DNA of 64,000 nucleotides from Spizellomyces punctatus DAOM BR117 (Eukaryota): the NCBI GenBank assembly GCA_000182565.2, contig KQ257451.1; one strand, 5' to 3'. The position numbers and the translations under genes are program-made. How positions within the stretch are numbered: the first letter of the stretch is position 1; each line of letters opens with the position of its first letter. Below are positions 37,265 to 49,606 of the stretch, in pieces. The notes under the pieces were generated by a model. The model saw only the letters and a list, made by a program, of their open reading frames with translations. It was not told where the DNA came from and did not search any database.

Positions 37265-38913
37265 ATGGCCATAAACGTCATGAACTCGAGAATTCCTGTG
37301 TCGGCTGTCTATCGACTGACAATACTTCGAAGAACCACAGTTGTATCTCGTTTAGCGCACCCTGGGCCCCGCAACCGTACCTGTCACAGCGCGACAATCT
37401 TCTCCACACCCAGAAGCTTCGAAAGCCGGCGGCCCTCGTGGATTCTGAATTTGAGGACTTTCGCTTCAAGCAGCAGACAGATGGCATTCTCAAACGAGGA
37501 GCTACGACATGAAGGCACTCAAGAAGAGACTGCTGGAAGACAAGGTATTGTATGAGCCATTTCCACCTTCTGTCAGTTGCGGCGACGCTCACATATATCA
37601 CCGAAGTTTCTCCACTGGTGACAACCTCGTGGTTGGCCGAAAACCTTTCCCGAGTGATACCTGTAGATGCCACGTGGTATCTACAGCCGGACTCGTCCAT
37701 TGCATCCAAGGGACGACGAAAAGATGACAATTGGGTGTTTGATCCCGCGCAAGGAATGAAGCCAAAGCAACCTGTAAAAGATGCCCGCAAAGAATATGCC
37801 GAACGGCATATACAGGTAGAACGTGGATCTACTAGTAGACTGAAAGTAAAACAGTAGTAATGGTGATGTCCTGATAGGGAGCCCGATTTTTTGATATCGA
37901 TCACATTGCCGATCGCCTGAGCTCCCTCCCTCATATGCTCCCAAGTCCCGAAGAGTTTGAGGAGCATGTTGGTACGGATGACACTCTGGTGGCTTAGATT
38001 TCCAATCGGTGCATGTCCAACTAAGGGTGCCATATAGGCGCACTTGGCATAACGGAGAACGATCATGTGGTTGTGTATGATTTGCATGGGATCTTCTCTT
38101 CTCCAAGGGTGTGGTGGACATTCAAGGTGAGACCCACACACTAACAGACCCGTTTTCTGCATCCTTGATGTCGCACTAAACGAGGGTATTTAAAGGTCTT
38201 TGGACATAGAAACGTGAGCGTGTTGGACGGGGGTTTGCCAAAGTGGCTACGAGAAGGACGACATGTCACCAATGAAGTCGACAAAGCCGTGGTATGGTTA
38301 AACTGTGGAATTGCAGGCAATCCGTCACTGTGATATTGACGTAGACAACGTAGAAAAGTACCTATCGGGCCGATTTTCAGGAGGACCTTGTTATTGACTA
38401 CCAAACTCTTCTTGTCCATGTCACGGATTTTATGTATGCCAAGAACTTCCAAATTCTCGATGCCCGTCCACGTGGAAGGTAAAATTCGAGAAGATATTCT
38501 TCTCCGCCATTGTAACTCACGAATGATGATTCTAGGTTTGCCGGGTTTACTGCGGAGCCTCGCGCTAGTCTTCCTTCTGGTCATATACCCTCCGCAATCA
38601 ACATACCCGCCAGCGAGCTCATCGATCCCGAGACGAAGACAATGCTTCCTCCCCAGGAAATACTTCGTCGAATGTTCATCGACAATGTGGATCTTGATAG
38701 GCCGATTGTCACAATGTGTGGTGAGTCACTACGGACATATGTGTTTTTTGGTTACCAACTTGACACGGCCCATCAACAGGGAGCGGAGTTACTGCTGCGA
38801 CGGTGTTTTTGGCCTTGGAGATAGTGGGTAAAACGGGTGATGTCAAGTTGTATGATGGAAGCTGGACCGAATGGGCCAGCAAGAGCAAAAGTCCTATCAA
38901 AACATGGACCTAA
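37265..38913 (+). CDS. MPST: Tandem-rhodanese 3-mercaptopyruvate sulfurtransferase (Tum1/MPST-like) with probable mitochondrial presequence
   Basis: LVTTSWL, FFDIDHI, LPHMLPS, SPRVWWTFK, VLDGGLPKW, SGHIP, active-site loop CGSGVTA, LYDGSWTEW. Confidence 0.9.
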
Positions 38914-39723
38914 GACTCTGGCTGCAATGCAGATATACGGTGTACTTGAGACGACGGAATTGACTTTGACCGAATTACCATCACATAAATGTGTTTGCAA
39001 GCATGGGCGTACAATCCATATTATAGGCCGTAGCCGCAAAGTCAGCGATTACAGTGCTACTTGTGTTTGCCAATCCTGGTTGTCACCCGGTATGCTATCC
39101 AGTAGTCTAAGGGAATGTTGACATGTGGTCATTGCATGTTTAGTCATGAGCTACATTGAACAGTGGAACAGAGGATTCTGGTTGGCACTTCAGCTGTCGT
39201 GGAAAGGCTCAAAAGGTTGTAACACCGTCTGACACCGTCTGACGAAATGGACGTCACCTTGGCCAAAAGACGCAAAGAACGAGATACCGCTAAACACACA
39301 CGCGACGCGTCGCGAAGGCGACTGCCAAGAGATGGAAACTTGGTGTGCTTTGTGAGATCTTAGATTTTTGACTCTAAACGATACGACGAGTTGACGAGTT
39401 CACGAGTTTCAAGGCGGTTGGCTTCACGGCTCTACTCGGCTGAAGTTTCACGCACCTTATTGAGGTTTACGAACTTGTGGTGGCGTTTCGCCTGGGATAA
39501 CTTCGGTTCAGTTGCGGATATCAAGAGACAAGGTAAAGGAAGGATATTGGGGAGAGGTTCCTGGCGGCATGTGTCGATGACCAATTTCTGAGTGTCGTCC
39601 GCAAACTTCCCTACCGCGTAAAGCCAAGATTAGCGATCATTGACAGACAGTTTTCTCATTATGCACAACCAACACAGCACGTCATCCCACACCGCATTGT
39701 TTCCCACACCCAATTGACGAACG

Positions 39724-41672
39724 ATGGACAAACCTTCGTTTGCCAGCTCATTCTGGGTATGGGGAGAGCGTTTAATATTGCCATCTCGGGCCACTTTTAT
39801 GTTGACGACATGAATTTGACTTGTAGGGCGATAATGATAAAGGGTTGGAGGTGTTGATGGGGCGAATGAGACAGGGGAAGCACGTTAGTGAAGAGGTGCA
39901 TGCTATGCTAAAGGAGAGAGCGACCATCGAAGAAGAGTATGGAAAAAGACTACATAAGCTTGCTAAAACCTTTAGTCCCAAGGAAGAGATTGGGTATGCA
40001 AGCACTGGCGACGTATACATGTTAAGGACTATAATTCATCATACATCCTCTGCTGAAGAACCCTGCGAGACTCGTTGGATATTGTGAAGAACGAGCTAGA
40101 GAAGAGCGCGAAGTCACATACTGATCTAGCTCAGGAGATTCGCGTGAAACTGGAGAAACCACTGGGGGACTTTATTGGAACCCAAAGCGGAATACGAAAG
40201 AATGTAAGTCTAGTAACTTGAGCGATATGACGGTTCTATTGTAGAATTAATAAGGCATGTTGATGTTGCTTGCAGCACAACGCCATCGTCGAAAAGCATC
40301 AAAAAGCCAAGGCAGCTCAAGTAGCGGCCGTGATGAAGTCCAAAGAACGGTACGAGGCAAAATGCGCCGAGACAACGCAATTATCGCAGATAAGAGCTGA
40401 TCCAGCGTCTAAGGAAGCGGAAAAGGTACTTGAGTATGCGGCGTTCTATAATACACGTGCGAGTAACACTCCATTTCAGATCAAAATGAAACTGCAAAAA
40501 GTCCAGTCACAGGCGAAACAGGCCGACGTAGATTACGTCGCAGGAGTGGAGAAGTTGACCGAAATCCATCGAAGATGGGTGGATGACTTTCGCACAGCTT
40601 GTACAGTAAGTTTAAACCACTTACCCATTTTTTATTAACATGACGGAGGCGGCCGTGCTCATCCAAACTTCTTGCCGTTACAGGAATGCCAGAAGTTAGA
40701 GGAAGATCGATTTCACTTTCTACGCGGGAATATCTGGAATTACGCTAACTTTATATCGGGCGTGTGCGTTTCGGACGATGAGGTGGGCTCGCTTAGATGT
40801 TTGGATATGCAGACGGAAGATCTTTGCGACTTAACGATCGTTTATACGTAGGCATGTGAGCGAGTGCGTGTATCGCTAGAGGCTTGCGATTTTGAAAAAG
40901 ACCTTGCCTTATTCTTGGATCGGAATACGACCGGATCCGTTATCCCACGTAAGTTTTTCCTTCCGCTGTTCACGTTTTTTGGCCCGTTGTTAATTAGTTT
41001 TCAAATATCAGAACCCCTACAGTACATCAACTATTACACCGGGACGCAAGAAAATTCTCTCTCGGGTAGGCGCAAGAGTGCAACTAGCAATGACCTGCCA
41101 GCGACCCTTCCGATGTACAATCCTTCGCAAGATGACTTGGGCAGCACCCACACTCTTGGTTCTGGACCTAGTGGCTACAATGACCCGACAACAACCCGAA
41201 GAGATAGTGCATCATCCAAAGGATCCGCCGCATTTTCGGGGGCAGTTGGACCGCAGGTACTCAATGGGATGCCTCAACAGCAACAGCAACGAAGTGGATC
41301 CAATGCCCCGCCGGCGGGAGCGGATGCAACGTTCCAATACGACCCCTATGACGTGCCAGAAAGCATGCCGGTTCTGTTTTCGGGTACGAAGGAACTGTAC
41401 TTGGTTTGCCGTCTGGATTGTTACTTATCCTTTGACAGTTCGAGTCCTATATGACTACCAAGCGCAGGCGCCAGAGGAGCTCACCATTGGCAAGGGCCAG
41501 TTGATTCCGGTAATCGCAACTCATGATGATGGGTAAGTAACCGAACTTCTCTAATTTTGACCTTTTGGACTTATCATGCATGTGCTCTAGGTGGTGGGAA
41601 GGGCTGGGATCGGAAGGCGGACAAAGAAGAAAAGGCTTATTTCCAAGCAACTTCACAGAAACCGTCCGCTGA
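39724..41672 (+). CDS. F-BAR plus C-terminal SH3 protein (Cdc15/Hof1/PSTPIP family)
   Basis: SFASSFW..GLEVLMGRMRQG..KERATIEEEYGKRL; CQKLEEDRFHF; SH3 VLYDYQA..EEL..DGWW..KGLFPSNF. Confidence 0.9.
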
Positions 41673-41929
41673 TCTACTACTGGGGCCAAAAGACATACGA
41701 CAATTTTGGAAGCGGTTTGGAAGCATTCACTCACGCAGCGCGTTCACTGAATGGACACTGCGTACTCTAGAGGAACGGATCATACATAGTCCGCACATTT
41801 GTATCTTTGACGTCGACAATTGTACTGAGAACCATTTACTTGTGGTAATCATAAAAATATCGATATGTACATGATATGGTATTCGTTTGCCCTGCGAATA
41901 CCTCCCTTGCGTTGTTGTTCAGTGTGCGT

Positions 41930-42712
41930 TTATGCAATTGATGTCAATAATCTTCTGAAGGTCGACTTGCAGGCATAGAACCAGCACAGAATGCTAACAG
42001 AACCTGTAAGACCGGTATGTTAACAACGAGATGAAGAGTGTTCCAAATCAAACTGTCTCATACCCATTGGCGCAAAAGGTAGTGCAAGGAGAGGAGATAT
42101 GGGCCCCAGCCAATCATGTGGTGGGTAAAACATCGGCGTCGATCGGTATATTGAGATAAGCAAAAACTGTGCTCCCCAGATGAAGGAGCGAAGACCCCAC
42201 GATATCTTCAGCTCAAAGTATGTTTTCGTAGAAGCCTCTTGTTTCGCTGTTCCATACAATGTTGTTCAATAATTGGATAATAAGGGACGGCTCAAACTAA
42301 AGATACCTTGCGTCTCGTAGTCTGCCTTCAATTTATCGAGCCTCCTACGCAACTTTGCCCATCTAGCGAACTGGTCCTAGAGTTGATGCACACGTGTAAA
42401 CTTCATAAGCTCTGCTAGCTAGCGACAGACAACAAGTCGTCGTGGTACCTGTGCACTCGTTCGACCCAATTCCGTCTGAACATCGATTACCTCACGTTTA
42501 AGCTTATTGATCTTTTTCGCTTCCGCTTTTCGGAAGATGTTATCGTACCAGTTCCACACCTGCAAGACACATGATGTAAGGAAGGAATGAAATGCAGAGG
42601 AATCGAGTGTCAGTTGCGGCAGCAGTACCTTGCTAGCTATAGCCCCATATCCGAGCCATTCAAAGAGTTGTAGGAAGAAAGCACAGAGGATGACCAAGTG
42701 AAGTGGATGCAT
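41930..42712 (-). CDS. GET1: Tail-anchored protein insertase Get1/WRB
   Basis: TM helix, coiled coil with TSAQ|DQFARWAKLRRRLDK, then PMFYPPHDWLGP..LALPFAP|GSVS. Confidence 0.9.
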
Positions 42713-42840
42713 GATGAGCCCGCTTGAGCAAACAGATGCAAGATGTTCAACGAAATGTACACGTAAGGTCGCCGAGGTGGACGACGAGAGTGAGTCATAG
42801 AGCAACCTTGAGCAAGCGCCTGCTGTCGAACTCAGTTGGA

Positions 42841-43953
42841 ATGAAGATCTTATCCAAATGGTTACTAGCCTATGTCTCCACACAGATTGATGCGACACCT
42901 ACAACGCCGTCGGTAGCTCCGGTCCTTTCGGAGACTGCAGAAACTGACGTGAATTCCGCCGTAGCTTGGTCCACATTGCACCCGAAAAAGCGGGTTCAAG
43001 TGCGCAAGGTCAGCAACAACCACGGACTTTACCGACGAGGTTGCCATTTTCTAAATACCATTAAGACAGATAACGTCACATAGTCCGGGGACGAATATCC
43101 CTCTTACTATGGAATTGAGCGATGGGCAGTATTATATTGACAGCATGCTCACGAAAGAGTGTTTGGAACGATATGACCTGTAGGGCACAAATGCCTCGAT
43201 TCGTGCTGCTACGGACCTTGTTGTTCAAACGCCTTAAATTCTTGCCCTAGTGCGCGAGCTGAGCTGGATACCCATTTGCCTCCAATCACCAGTCTGCGAG
43301 GGGCGATCATCATCGTCCAGAGTGCCCGCTTGAGATTATTGAAACCTCACCGATGCCGTCAGCTATTCAGCGTCGGTCTGGCGATCGATGATTTCACATT
43401 TATAGGCAATCACGGCACTGAACCCGTTGACCAAACGTACCCTGTGGCAGAAGCACAAAAGGTGATGGCGAGTATATCTCACCTTATGTATCGGTACGCG
43501 GATTATGACTGCTCGGCCAAAGTTGTAAAACTAAATTGCATTCTAGCATAGGGGTGTTTAATGGTCGCCGCAGTATGCGTCCATCCACCGCCAACGTGCA
43601 GCACTCAGTCCCCGCGCGCGAGTTTGATCCTTCCGTCGATCTTACGTTTCTTGGTCAAATGGAGCTTGATATAATGTTAGATGATGATTAGCTATCTTGA
43701 CCTCTAGTTGCAAAAGAAATATGCGAGCATTGGGGACGCTACAACAAATATCAGCTAGTCGACCAATATGGTGTCGGAGTATTCCCCGTCGATATTGTAA
43801 CGTGAAATGTTGTCAATCAGCTGGGTTCTTAGGAAAGAAGTTTGCGCAGGAGACATGTTCTCTCAGGGTACCCTGACGGCACCAGAGCTGGCAATCCTCA
43901 GTGCAAACGAGGTCTCTGAAATAGTTGATAAAGTCCGTGTTATAGTACAATAA
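42841..43953 (+). CDS. Putative TPP1/Est3-like telomere OB-fold protein (multi-exon; 3' part tentative)
   Basis: Spliced by eye: LSKWLL..RVQV|..MELSDGQYYIDSMLTKECLERY|..SLRGAIIIVQSARL..LAIDDFTFIG, the motif order of TPP1/Est3 OB folds. Confidence 0.65.
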
Positions 43954-43984
43954 ACATGTCTTTCGTATTATTCTACTGTCCATT

Positions 43985-44458
43985 TTAGTGACCGTGCTGG
44001 TGCTCAGGGCTCAACAGATATTCCTTTCGGTTGTAATATTCAAACTGTGGGGAAAGAACGCCTATTAGCAATACGGTACGAGAAGAGTGACTTGAAACTC
44101 CATCCAGCCAGCTCCACACACAATAAGGTCGCTCCACAGACCACACTCAGGTCTCAAACCCACCTTCTTGTCAGCCCAACCCTTAACCCAAAAGAAAATA
44201 AGAGCAGGGGGAGCGATAAACACTGCTTGGCGAGCAGTACGTTTGAAGAGCTTGAAGGCACCGGGGTTGAAGAAGCCCTTCATTGTCTTGGTCTCAAAAG
44301 GAGACAAACCGTACTCGTAGAAACCATTTTGGTACCCGATGCTACCCCACCACCTTTCGACGTGCAGAGAGAATTGCAGAGTCAGAATTTCGCCCAACAG
44401 TGATGTTAGACCTGTTAAAACAGGTGTTCTTAACCACTATCACTCACTTGTGACCCAT
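43985..44458 (-). CDS. QCR8: Cytochrome bc1 complex subunit 8 (3 exons)
   Basis: MGHK|WWGSIG.QNGFYEYGLSPFE..FKRTARQAVFIAPP..|FEYYNRKE. Confidence 0.9.
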
Positions 44459-44585
44459 TTGCAACTAGACTATACAGGGTATGTTAAAACAGGATGTGCA
44501 GGACGCTGCGTGATGCTAATGAGGTTGCGCGAAGCCAGGTCTAGGGAAACTTTCGGGTTTGTTTGGCGGTGATATCACATGATCA

Positions 44586-44600
44586 GTTGCCTATAGCAAC
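44586..44600. promoter_or_regulatory. RFX X-box-like palindrome GTTGCCTATAGCAAC
   Basis: Fits GTNRCC(N0-3)RGYAAC and lies ~130 bp upstream of the QCR8 ATG. Confidence 0.4.
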
Positions 44601-44710
44601 AAGGCCCGTCAGATCAACGATGGACTTCAATCTACCATGTATTAGTGCAAATCCCCGACACTTTATGCAACACTCGTTAATTCATTCGCATCCTCCTTGG
44701 GCCTATGAAT

Positions 44711-46723
44711 CTACCGCCATTTATTAATCTTTCTTTCCTCCGCGAAGCGGGATTGGACAAACTCAATAAACTCTGGAGAATAATGCTTCTCTAGCTCGTG
44801 TGGCAGGATTTTTTCATGCTTCTCTGCTTCGTGGCGTGTTAAACAGACGACGTTCTGGAAACTTGCGGGTTTGGTGACATCCCATCGAATGAGCTGAAGT
44901 TTGTCAAAGGTGCCGGAAAGTGCACTCCTTCCACGCCATATCTGAGTTCAACAGCGGTTAGGCACAACCCTATAGCAGATTTCCCTTGAGCAGTGTTTTC
45001 CGTTCTTACCTCCTCAAAAATATAGCCCACATCAGATACGTTAAACGGTATATTGGCACTGTATAGGACATAGTGATTAAAACGTTGCCAACGTCAAACT
45101 TCTAAATATCCTTACCTTGCGCCGAAACCATCCTTCTCCTTATTGACCAGATCTCTGTGTAACCGCATATAAGTTTTCTCCCGTAACTTAATGGCCAGAG
45201 GATTGGTAGGCCAACCGGCCAACTCAGTAATGACATAAGATGCCATGCAATTGCCAAATAGTGCGGGGAGAGTTCCAAGAACTGTATGGAAAATATCGAT
45301 AAGATCAGTCCTATGACTGCCCGAAAACTCATTCGTTCATACCAGGAAGAATCCTAAAGGCATCGTTCCCATTAGAAAGCAAACTTAGGCAGTGGTTCTC
45401 CCCACTGAAGGCACCTTACCGAACACGAAAGTCTGGCAAAGCTGAGTACTCATCAGCTTCCTGCACTTTCTCCTCCTCCAAAGGTAGCAGTTTAACCGCA
45501 CCAGGCTTCTCTGTAGAGTAAACCACGGTCACTCCGCTTTCCACTCCTTTCAACTTTAGACCTCTTCTAGTAGCTCTAGCCAAGGGATCCTCTAGATGGA
45601 TTGAGCTTGTCAGCCCGCAGTGCAATCAATGAGTTACCCTGCGTGAATATAGTCACCAAAGGTTTCGCTAATGTCCGCAATCTGTATACGTGATGGATCA
45701 GCCTTTGCTCCGGCACCCATAGAAGAGATTATCCGTATTTTGCTGTCCACACAATATTTAATCAGGTCCATCTTGGTATTGAGGTTATCAATACAATCTA
45801 GCCTTCGCGGGTTAACTGAGCATGCTCCAGTAAATGATGACTCCTGGACCACAATTACCAAGAACATAATCCGGATTGCCGCTAAGCAGCTCCGGGGCAG
45901 CCGCAATATTGAAAAGCTCCATGCACGCATCTATTTTGGCGTGAGGGGCAATGTCGAGGAAATGCTTCTTCAGACATGTGCTCTTGGGCGTTCCAACATC
46001 GGCCTGCGTCGCTACAGCGTGACGGTTCAAGCTCGAGAGTGTCACTTGGTCAAAATCGATCAGACGAAGATGCTGCAAGATGTTAGAGGTTGTACTATAC
46101 AGCACAATACAACAGCCATGAATTACCTCAACTCCAGATCGTAGAAGCATATGTGCCTATTAACATAAACGATTTACAAATTGAACATACTGCGCCAATG
46201 GAAACGCTATTCGTGTCATCGCTAATACTGGTCTAATGACTTACCGCATGGCTTCCTAGTTTTGCGTGATCAGTATAGGCTCTAGCACTGTACAAGACTC
46301 TTACATCGCTCACCTACGCCCCCTAATCCAACCACTATAACGAAAGACGATCGGATCTTTGCCACTCCCTGGTGCGCAAAAGATATTGTCAGAGCCATTG
46401 ATGCTGGATCCACGGATATCCCACAATGTCACCTCTTCCCCTAAAAATGCGTAATTGCGGGCGAGCTGCTCTCGTATCAGGCCTTCATCAGTGGTCAAAG
46501 GCTTCTTTGACGTGACTCCTCGGGCGATGTCTGTCGCTTCATCGAGGTGGTTTATGGAGTTTTGGATGGAGTTAGATATATCTCTCTTTATGCGTTTTAT
46601 CCGAGCCCGTTTATTGAAGTGTTGTACGATAAATATTGAAGATGCTGTGAGAGCCGATGCTGCAATTGCCACAGCAAGAGTGTTTACAATGCTATCTCCT
46701 AGTGAGGCAGCTTTGAGTCCCAT
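44711..46723 (-). CDS. tRNA threonylcarbamoyladenosine dehydratase (Tcd1/Tcd2, ThiF/E1-like)
   Basis: N-terminal TM, LIREQLARNYAFLGEE, LRLIDFDQVTLSSLNRHA, DCIDNLNTK, SSMGAGAKADPSRI, DPLARATRR, VVYSTEKP. Confidence 0.9.
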
Positions 46724-46859
46724 GATGCTGATCGAGTTAAAAAGTCGAAGATACAAGCGCAACCTGAAAATTTCATAACGCTAATGAGTCATTAGTGCTT
46801 ACGCAATTATCCTTCATGGTTATCGGAAGCGCGCACACTTCAATTCTCGCACCTAAACC

Positions 46860-47941
46860 ATGCCGCAATTGGGACAACCATCAAGTGGGACTAGTCCCCG
46901 AACAACGCAAAGTATTGGCAGCGTTTCCTCTACATCTTCCGTTTCTTTGAGTGGAGTTGCCTCCTCATCGGGGGTGCTCATTGCACCACCTAGAAAAAGC
47001 TCACAGATTGTAACATCCGCGACATCACCCGCACCAGCTTCGATATCTTCACAAGGTCTAAGCCCATCTTACTCTCATACATCCGTGTCAAATATCAACA
47101 AGTCACTGTCAACACTCGATGCGCAGAAGATTAGCAAGGACATTGCAGCCGACTCAACCATTAGAGGAAGTGCTTGGCAAACGCTATGCGTTAAAGTACT
47201 CCCTTTGTTCAATGGCCAAGGCTTAAAAGGGCATATGGAAGACATGAACGAGCTTGTCAGGTCCGTTTATCATTAGTTCCTTAACACGTACCGGATTTTC
47301 ATGTACTGACGTTCCTCCACACAGCAACTGGTTAACTGACACTCCGGCATATTTGGTTGTGGAAGAGCTGAATGACTTACTAAATACTGGAATGCTGACA
47401 CTCGGAAACAAGCTCGCAACTGTAGCGAACGAGGTTCTTGCAAGCCGTTTGGTGGAAGTATGGTCTTTCTATTTCGGAACGGTTGTCCCGTACCTTCAAG
47501 GCGTGTTTCTACCCGTTCGAACGCAATGGCGCAATGCTGCAGCTCGAACTGGTGATTCTCCAGATGTAAGGAAAATGGCTCTGATTGCTTTTCGCGACCA
47601 AATCATTGTGCCTTTAGGTGGTCGCCTCACAGGTATCTGTTCGTACCTAGTGGATGACTTTTAGCAGTAACCCGTAGCCGGTTCAGGTGCTGACTATTCT
47701 GAACTCAATAGGGATTTTCCCCAAGCTGGTCGCAGACATTGAAAACGGTAGAAAAATCAATGACACTGCCTCACGCCTGATGCAAATGCTATGTATTTTG
47801 GACGGTATTCCCTTGGCCGATGATCGGGCGAGTCCCATTGCAGAAGTCTTGGCTGTATTCAAGGAGACAATGATGGGAAACCCCGGACTTAATCGAAATA
47901 GCATTGCCCTATTTGGTGCGCGGGTGCACACATCCACATGA
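46860..47941 (+). CDS. HbrB-domain protein (Bit61/PRR5-Protor-like, TORC2-associated)
   Basis: AWQTLCVKVLPLFNGQGL..EDMNELV, LVEVWSFYFGTVVPYLQGVFLP, LIAFRDQII, RLMQMLCIL. Confidence 0.85.
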
Positions 47942-48224
47942 TTTTTTCGATATCCGACATAACCAGCTCTGTCAAATCGTGCACTGACGACAAACTTTGG
48001 TTCTCTGACGTGTGTATTGTACAAAGCACATCTTCGGACCGATAGCTGTATGGCAGCTGGTCACAAAGGGACCGAACCGAAACGAAAAAGGGGTGGACCA
48101 CTCTGCTGGCCACTAGTTAGTTACCTAAGCGCTGTGGAACGAAGTTCACTTCGCTCTATTGGGGAGCCACGACGATACAAGTTGCGCTATCAGGGCAGGC
48201 ACATGATGAACATGTTACGAATGC

Positions 48225-49471
48225 TCAGGTATCGAGATCAAAAAGTTCGGAAAATCGTGTCTCCATTGCATAAATATTTGGATGGTTGATATCAGAGACG
48301 GTGGCTCGTGACTTTCGCTTCCGATCCTGGTCGTATAAGACGTCTAATGCCTTGAGCAATGATTTCTTTCGCTGATGCCAGTATTCGCCAGTTAGTATTA
48401 CGTGTTAAGTGGTGCAACGTTAATCATAACCCGTACCTCCTCCATGTGAATGCCGCGTACGGCTTCCTTATAGCGCTCCGCCGCTTTCTGTTTTAGGAGA
48501 TGTTCTCTATCTCTATGGAATACCTCGTTTTCTATTCTCATCTTGACGACCTTGTCAGCTTGTGTCCATGCATCTGTTCTACGCGCGGTGGGGTCACAAC
48601 GAGTTGCTGCAAAGTCCCGGTGTAGGCACGTCTTGTCGAAACTCTCAAACGTTCGGCTTGACAGCAATGTGCGTGGCACAGGCATTGATGGTATTTCTAC
48701 GTCTGGTGCACTGGCAGCTTTTCGCTCTCGGTATAATTGGGCTAGTTGGACTGCACGCTCATTCTCCTTCTTCCTCGTTTGCTCCAAGATCGCTCGCTTC
48801 CGAATGGTGGGGGCAAGCCGGGCAGTCGTCTCATGGTCTCGCTGAAAGTCTGATTGTTCACTCTCCACCTAGGTTTATAAATTGAGAGTTGCGACGAACC
48901 TCTATCCGAGCCTCAGCACCACGCTGCATCTCTTGTTCCTGTCTCGCGGCGGCTGTGGCCCTCAAATGTTCTAAGGCCTTTCGCTGTCCAAGAAGGAACA
49001 TAAGCTTCTATTCATTTCAATTCAACCAATAGTGGAGAACAAGCTCACCTCAGCCATTAGGAAGCTACTTGCATCATGATGCGCCGTACCTGCAGCGCGG
49101 ACATGTCGCCGTTCTAAGTCTGTGAGAGATCCTAACAATGCGTCGCGCTGCAAAGCCCATTTCTCCTGCATGCCGCGTTAGAACATTGAGGCATCCATTG
49201 ACAACCCGGACAGTATCCCACCTCCAGTTGGTCAATGGTATCGCCCCACTCAGTGCCGGCAGCTGCCCTGTAACGTCGTCGCCGTTCTGCTGCGATCCGC
49301 TTCTCCTGCTCCCGAATCTAGGGGTGCCTTCGTTCGTAAGTCTTGCAAGTACGCGAGCCGCGCCAAATCTGTTCTCACCTGCTGTAGGCGCTGCACCTTT
49401 TGCTTCTTTTGCTCCTCTTGTTTGAGCTTTTCCGCCTCTCCTGGACTCGGTCGGAGAAATCCAGCCGCCAT
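48225..49471 (-). CDS. Short coiled-coil protein resembling the conserved N-terminus of centriolar CEP295/Ana1
   Basis: Spliced: FLRPSPGEAEKLKQEEQKKQKVQRLQQ|IREQEKRIA, GTAHHDA, AAERYKEAVRGIHMEE|RKKSLLKALDVLYDQDRKRK. An in-frame upstream non-ATG start at 49528 is possible. Confidence 0.55.
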
Positions 49472-49606
49472 TTCGAAGGATACGCGTTGCGAACCCAAAC
49501 GCGTGGGAGCTTCTTGGTAAATCTGCACGCTAGATGCTCACTCAGGTGGAGATTTGGGCTGCAGTTCCACGTCCATGACGCTTCTGGGCTGAAGAGAAGT
49601 CTCCTC

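Noticed and set aside
37278-38162. 294-aa minus-strand ORF
   Set aside because: Antisense shadow of the sulfurtransferase gene with no recognisable motifs.
39223-39243. Tandem 10-mer CACCGTCTGA x2
   Set aside because: Only two copies, consistent with a local slippage duplication.
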